DNA of 64,000 bases from a bacterium. GTDB taxonomy: Bacteria; Electryoneota; Electryoneia; Electryoneales; Electryoneaceae. Where the stretch lies: contig JAIOHU010000137.1 of NCBI GenBank assembly GCA_019912845.1, positions 20,765 to 84,764 on the forward strand. The letters are read 5' to 3'. Positions 60,830 to 64,000 of the stretch are shown here, piece after piece; the first letter of the stretch is position 1, and every line of letters begins with the position of its first letter. The notes under the pieces are model-generated. The model did not search any database. It was not told the DNA's origin and worked only from the letters and a program-made list of their open reading frames with translations. The position numbers were made by a program, and so were the translations under genes.

Positions 60830-61753
60830 TCACGATCGTTGTAGTCGGTCTAAAAGTACGGTGCCTGCCATGGCTACATTAAGGGAATCTACCAGTCCAA
60901 CTCTCGGGATTGCAAGCATTAAATCAGCGAGAGAGTCAATTTCATTGTTTACTCCATGCGCTTCATTCCCAAGGACAAGTACTGCACCTTTTGGAGGTGA
61001 AGCAGAGTGCCGGGAACTCAGCGTGGAGCCAAGAGTTTGCCAGGGTGCAGGCGATACGCCATTTTCTACATTGGATGCCAGGATTAAAAAATTTTCCATT
61101 TTTGCTTCGTTCAATAGCGCAACCAAATCGATATCCTGATGTAAGTTAACGATCAGGTGACAACCCATCGCAGCTCGAATTACCTTCGGATTATACAAAT
61201 CAACACAACCTTTACCCAGCCATATCTGTTCAACCCCATAAAATGCGGCTGCTCTGATTAATGAACCGACATTTCCGGGATCAGACACATTGTCGAGAGA
61301 TAAAACTAACCCATTAAGCTCAGAAAGCTCAGGCAGAGGACGTTCTTTCTTATGAACAAGAGCAATTACAGGCGGCGGGGTGGTAAGATCACTCAGCAGT
61401 TGAAGATCTTTTTGATCAAATTTTTCAACTCGAATTCCACGTGCTCTACTCTCTTCAAGTAATAGAGTATCCTGCTTACGATTTTCAACACGCTCATCAT
61501 AAACAATCGCTACGACGGGAGCGGAATAACCAATGGCATCACGAATCGCAGCGTTCCCCTCGATGAGGTACATTTCCCACTGATCACGATACTTTTTCTG
61601 ACTCAGCTTGTGAAGATTTACCTTATTTAGACGAAATTGGATAAATGACTCCAATATAGCATGCTTGTCATTTCGGTTTATGGTTTTATCGCATCCTGAA
61701 TAGCTTTGGTGACCGAACGTATATCCGGCGCCATTGCCAGGGTAGCACGGCAT
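60830..61753 (-). CDS. TrmH/SpoU family RNA methyltransferase; true start probably downstream of 61678
   Basis: DPGNVGSLIRAA, YNPKVIRAAMG, LGNEAHGV, DSLNVAMA. Confidence 0.88.
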   Translation of the reverse strand: MPCYPGNGAGYTFGHQSYSGCDKTINRNDKHAILESFIQFRLNKVNLHKLSQKKYRDQWEMYLIEGNAAIRDAIGYSAPVVAIVYDERVENRKQDTLLLEESRARGIRVEKFDQKDLQLLSDLTTPPPVIALVHKKERPLPELSELNGLVLSLDNVSDPGNVGSLIRAAAFYGVEQIWLGKGCVDLYNPKVIRAAMGCHLIVNLHQDIDLVALLNEAKMENFLILASNVENGVSPAPWQTLGSTLSSRHSASPPKGAVLVLGNEAHGVNNEIDSLADLMLAIPRVGLVDSLNVAMAGTVLLDRLQRS

Positions 61754-62250
61754 GTTGGATCATCAGCGCAACGACCTATCTCTGCGAGCAATTTTATCTG
61801 TGCGTCCTCTTCCTCTTCAGGGGTCAGCAACATAAAGATCATCGTAGCTGGCTTGCAGTCCACACAATCCCATTCTATTCCATGGGGTGCACGGGCAAAT
61901 AAAACCAATGACCTGCCGAGATTTACAAATCGAGCATGAGGTATGGCAAAGCCATGCACCAATCCTGTAGACATCTCTGATTCACGTGTGACCAACCCCT
62001 TGTAAATTGTATCTTCATCGGGATATCTGAGCACAGTTGACGCGATCCTGGCAAGCTCACGGATTGCTTTGGAACGAGTCCTCGATTCAAGATGATAAAC
62101 GTCGGGACCACCAGTCATTGCTGTGGTGAGCCTGGACACTGTGTTAACCTTATGATTGAGTTTACGAGAGAACCAAATGGCTACAATGAGCAGTATAGAC
62201 AAAGCTATAAGACTGATCATCATGGTTGGAGATAGCATTTGGGGTTGCAC
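61678..62250 (-). CDS. PTS EIIA (Ntr/fructose type) domain with N-terminal TM helix
   Basis: RESEMSTG..FAIPHAR phospho-His motif; hydrophobic N-terminus. Confidence 0.85.
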   Translation of the reverse strand: MQPQMLSPTMMISLIALSILLIVAIWFSRKLNHKVNTVSRLTTAMTGGPDVYHLESRTRSKAIRELARIASTVLRYPDEDTIYKGLVTRESEMSTGLVHGFAIPHARFVNLGRSLVLFARAPHGIEWDCVDCKPATMIFMLLTPEEEEDAQIKLLAEIGRCADDPTCRATLAMAPDIRSVTKAIQDAIKP

Positions 62251-62459
62251 TCTTACACTCCCTCTAAAGGAATTTCAATATCCGGGACACGTGAAATATA
62301 ATCATAAATTGATGTTTTGTATTTAAGTTAACCTTCAAAAGTGATTCGTCTCAGATGTGCTGACTGTTGGCGTTGGAATTATCCAAAATCTAAAAATTTA
62401 GAAGTACAATGTACGGGATAACTCTAAAGCCAATCTCCACTTCCTATTATATCGTTCCA

Positions 62460-63395
62460 CTAATTCTGGTGTTCCACAGCAACTGTTCCCTTGCCTTTAT
62501 CATTTTGGGTAAGATTCACATACATAGGCGGAGCGTTGTTTGCCTTATCCTCACCAAAATATATAGTAGAATGCGGGAATGGAATTTCGATGTTTTCAGC
62601 GTCAAAGCGTTCTTTGATACGTATCCTGAAATCACGTGCGATTGCCCATTGCTCAAGTGGTTTGGTGTGAAAACGGACACGGAATTTCAGATCAGAATCG
62701 CCGAAATCATCTATTCCAAAGACCTCAGGTTCTTCAATAATACGTTCGCTGTAAGCGGGGTCGGCTTTCAATTTCTGAGCCTCTTCCATCAGAACAGTCA
62801 TCACCTGCTTAGCATCCTCACGATATGCAGTACCCACATGAATGACCGCACGCGAGAATTCCTTGCTCATATTTGTAACCACGCTAATTTCGCTGTGAGG
62901 GATAACATGAACATTCCCACTGAAGTCACGCAGGGTTACAATACGAAGGGAAATACTTTCAACCAGACCAGCCTTCCCACCAGCTTCAACAACATCTCCG
63001 ACACGTATCTGACCCTCAACGAGGATGAAGAAGCCTGTGATAATATCTTCAACAAGAGATTGTGCTCCAAAACCAACCGCAAGACCCAGAACACCTACTG
63101 CAGCAATAATAGGTCCAATTGCAATACCGAGTTCATCCATTATTAACATCAGACCAAGTGCCCATATGGCAACATTCAAGGCATTGAAGAGAACAGCTTT
63201 AACCGTTTCTATCTGCTGTCTTGCGGACTCAGAACGCAAACTCGCTTTATTGGCTATTTTTGTGCCAATCGCTTTTACTATTTTCCCAAGAACAAAAAGA
63301 CCAATTATAATAATTAGAATTCGCAAAATTTGCGGCCACATGGAAATTATCCATGTTTGTAAAGCATCAATGGAAAGACTAGACATAAAGTCCAT
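62460..63395 (-). CDS. Small-conductance mechanosensitive channel (MscS/YbiO-like)
   Basis: GLAVGFGAQSLVEDIITG, RVGDVV, IEIPFP. Confidence 0.93.
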   Translation of the reverse strand: MDFMSSLSIDALQTWIISMWPQILRILIIIIGLFVLGKIVKAIGTKIANKASLRSESARQQIETVKAVLFNALNVAIWALGLMLIMDELGIAIGPIIAAVGVLGLAVGFGAQSLVEDIITGFFILVEGQIRVGDVVEAGGKAGLVESISLRIVTLRDFSGNVHVIPHSEISVVTNMSKEFSRAVIHVGTAYREDAKQVMTVLMEEAQKLKADPAYSERIIEEPEVFGIDDFGDSDLKFRVRFHTKPLEQWAIARDFRIRIKERFDAENIEIPFPHSTIYFGEDKANNAPPMYVNLTQNDKGKGTVAVEHQN

Positions 63396-63489
63396 TTAGA
63401 ACCCCTGTAATCAGTAAACAACTCGACTTAGTTCATATAATAATTTTCAGCAATAGTATGGATGAAGCAAACAGAGAAAAACCATGAGC

Positions 63490-63999
63490 TTAAATCAAAA
63501 TAAACGTCAACCCCAGCGACAATGTTTCTCTGAATCTACCACCCAGATCAACTTCCTTGTCATAAAGAAGCTGTGTATACAAGTTAACCATCAGAACCTT
63601 GGTAATACTTGCGGTAAAGATATTTTCGAAATTGATATCAACCGATTTCCAGTAATTAGAACGTGCGCCTGTCAATTCTCCGCTTTCCGAATAATATAAC
63701 GCTTGAAAAACAGTCAACTTTGAGTCGAGAGTTATTGCGTTGTCAAAAAGTGGTACTGTGAGTTCGTTGACCAGTTCCAACCCGCCGTCTTGGGTGTTAT
63801 TGCTGCCTCGTTCCAGGGTGAGGGTGTCCAGCAAAGCGTTACGATCAAAATGTTGACGTAAGCCAACACCAAAACGCACCAACCAGTCATTTTCTTCACT
63901 ACTCCTGAGTTGTTTTGCAATACCGGCAGACTCAGTAATTGTCATGGGATTAAAGGTGGTTCCCTCACCACGAGCATCGTAAAACTGACTGATCAAACG
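63490..63999 (-). CDS. Putative outer-membrane beta-barrel (DUF3078-like), 3' part
   Basis: Frame open to the window edge; amphipathic strands, LLYDKEVD..ETLSLGLTF C-terminus. Confidence 0.6.
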   Translation of the reverse strand, partial: RLISQFYDARGEGTTFNPMTITESAGIAKQLRSSEENDWLVRFGVGLRQHFDRNALLDTLTLERGSNNTQDGGLELVNELTVPLFDNAITLDSKLTVFQALYYSESGELTGARSNYWKSVDINFENIFTASITKVLMVNLYTQLLYDKEVDLGGRFRETLSLGLTFILI

Positions 64000-64000
64000 G

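Noticed and set aside
62286-62300. Partial parS-like CACGTGAAA (similar half-site near 15240)
   Set aside because: Only half of the palindrome matches.
62409-63146. 245-aa + strand ORF and other long shadow ORFs (e.g. 13423-13962, 42073-42621, 3074-3595)
   Set aside because: Antisense to well-supported genes and without recognisable motifs.

Overview
Bacterial chromosomal origin region, probably from an FCB-superphylum lineage (inferred only from two secreted proteins with PNPFN-type C-terminal sorting domains). The + strand starts with rpmH-rnpA-yidD-yidC-mnmE-(2 parS)-mnmG-rsmG. Converging on it from the - strand is dnaA-(oriC)-dnaN-DUF721/dciA-gyrB, with no recF, gyrA or parAB in the window. 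Between gyrB and rsmG lies a ~9 kb mostly tightly coupled cluster, the best candidate for an undescribed system. It begins with a 42-aa peptide missing from the ORF track (15543-15671, -), which has a lasso-type RRE-binding leader (WEDPEI..G) and a predicted short core SDEPDPWGP. Downstream are a soluble S24/S26 peptidase, an NTP_transf_5 nucleotidyltransferase, a PqqD/RRE, an HPr-kinase-like kinase, a lone receiver domain, Wza, Wzc, an O-antigen ligase/Wzy-like protein and a methyltransferase. There is no lasso cyclase, radical SAM enzyme or glycosyltransferase. The rest is mostly housekeeping or metabolic (valS, recG, thiolase/hbd/acyl-CoA dehydrogenase, ilvE, nusB, OPT transporter, MscS, K+ channel). 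Other oddities: a degenerate enhancer-binding protein divergent from dnaA, a GxxExxY gene in 31-bp inverted repeats, a structured RNA candidate before a NusB with a ~120-aa insert, duplicated lipoproteins, REP-like palindromes, internally deleted gene remnants, and two single-base frameshifts that may be assembly errors. All calls come from reading motifs by eye; no searches were run.
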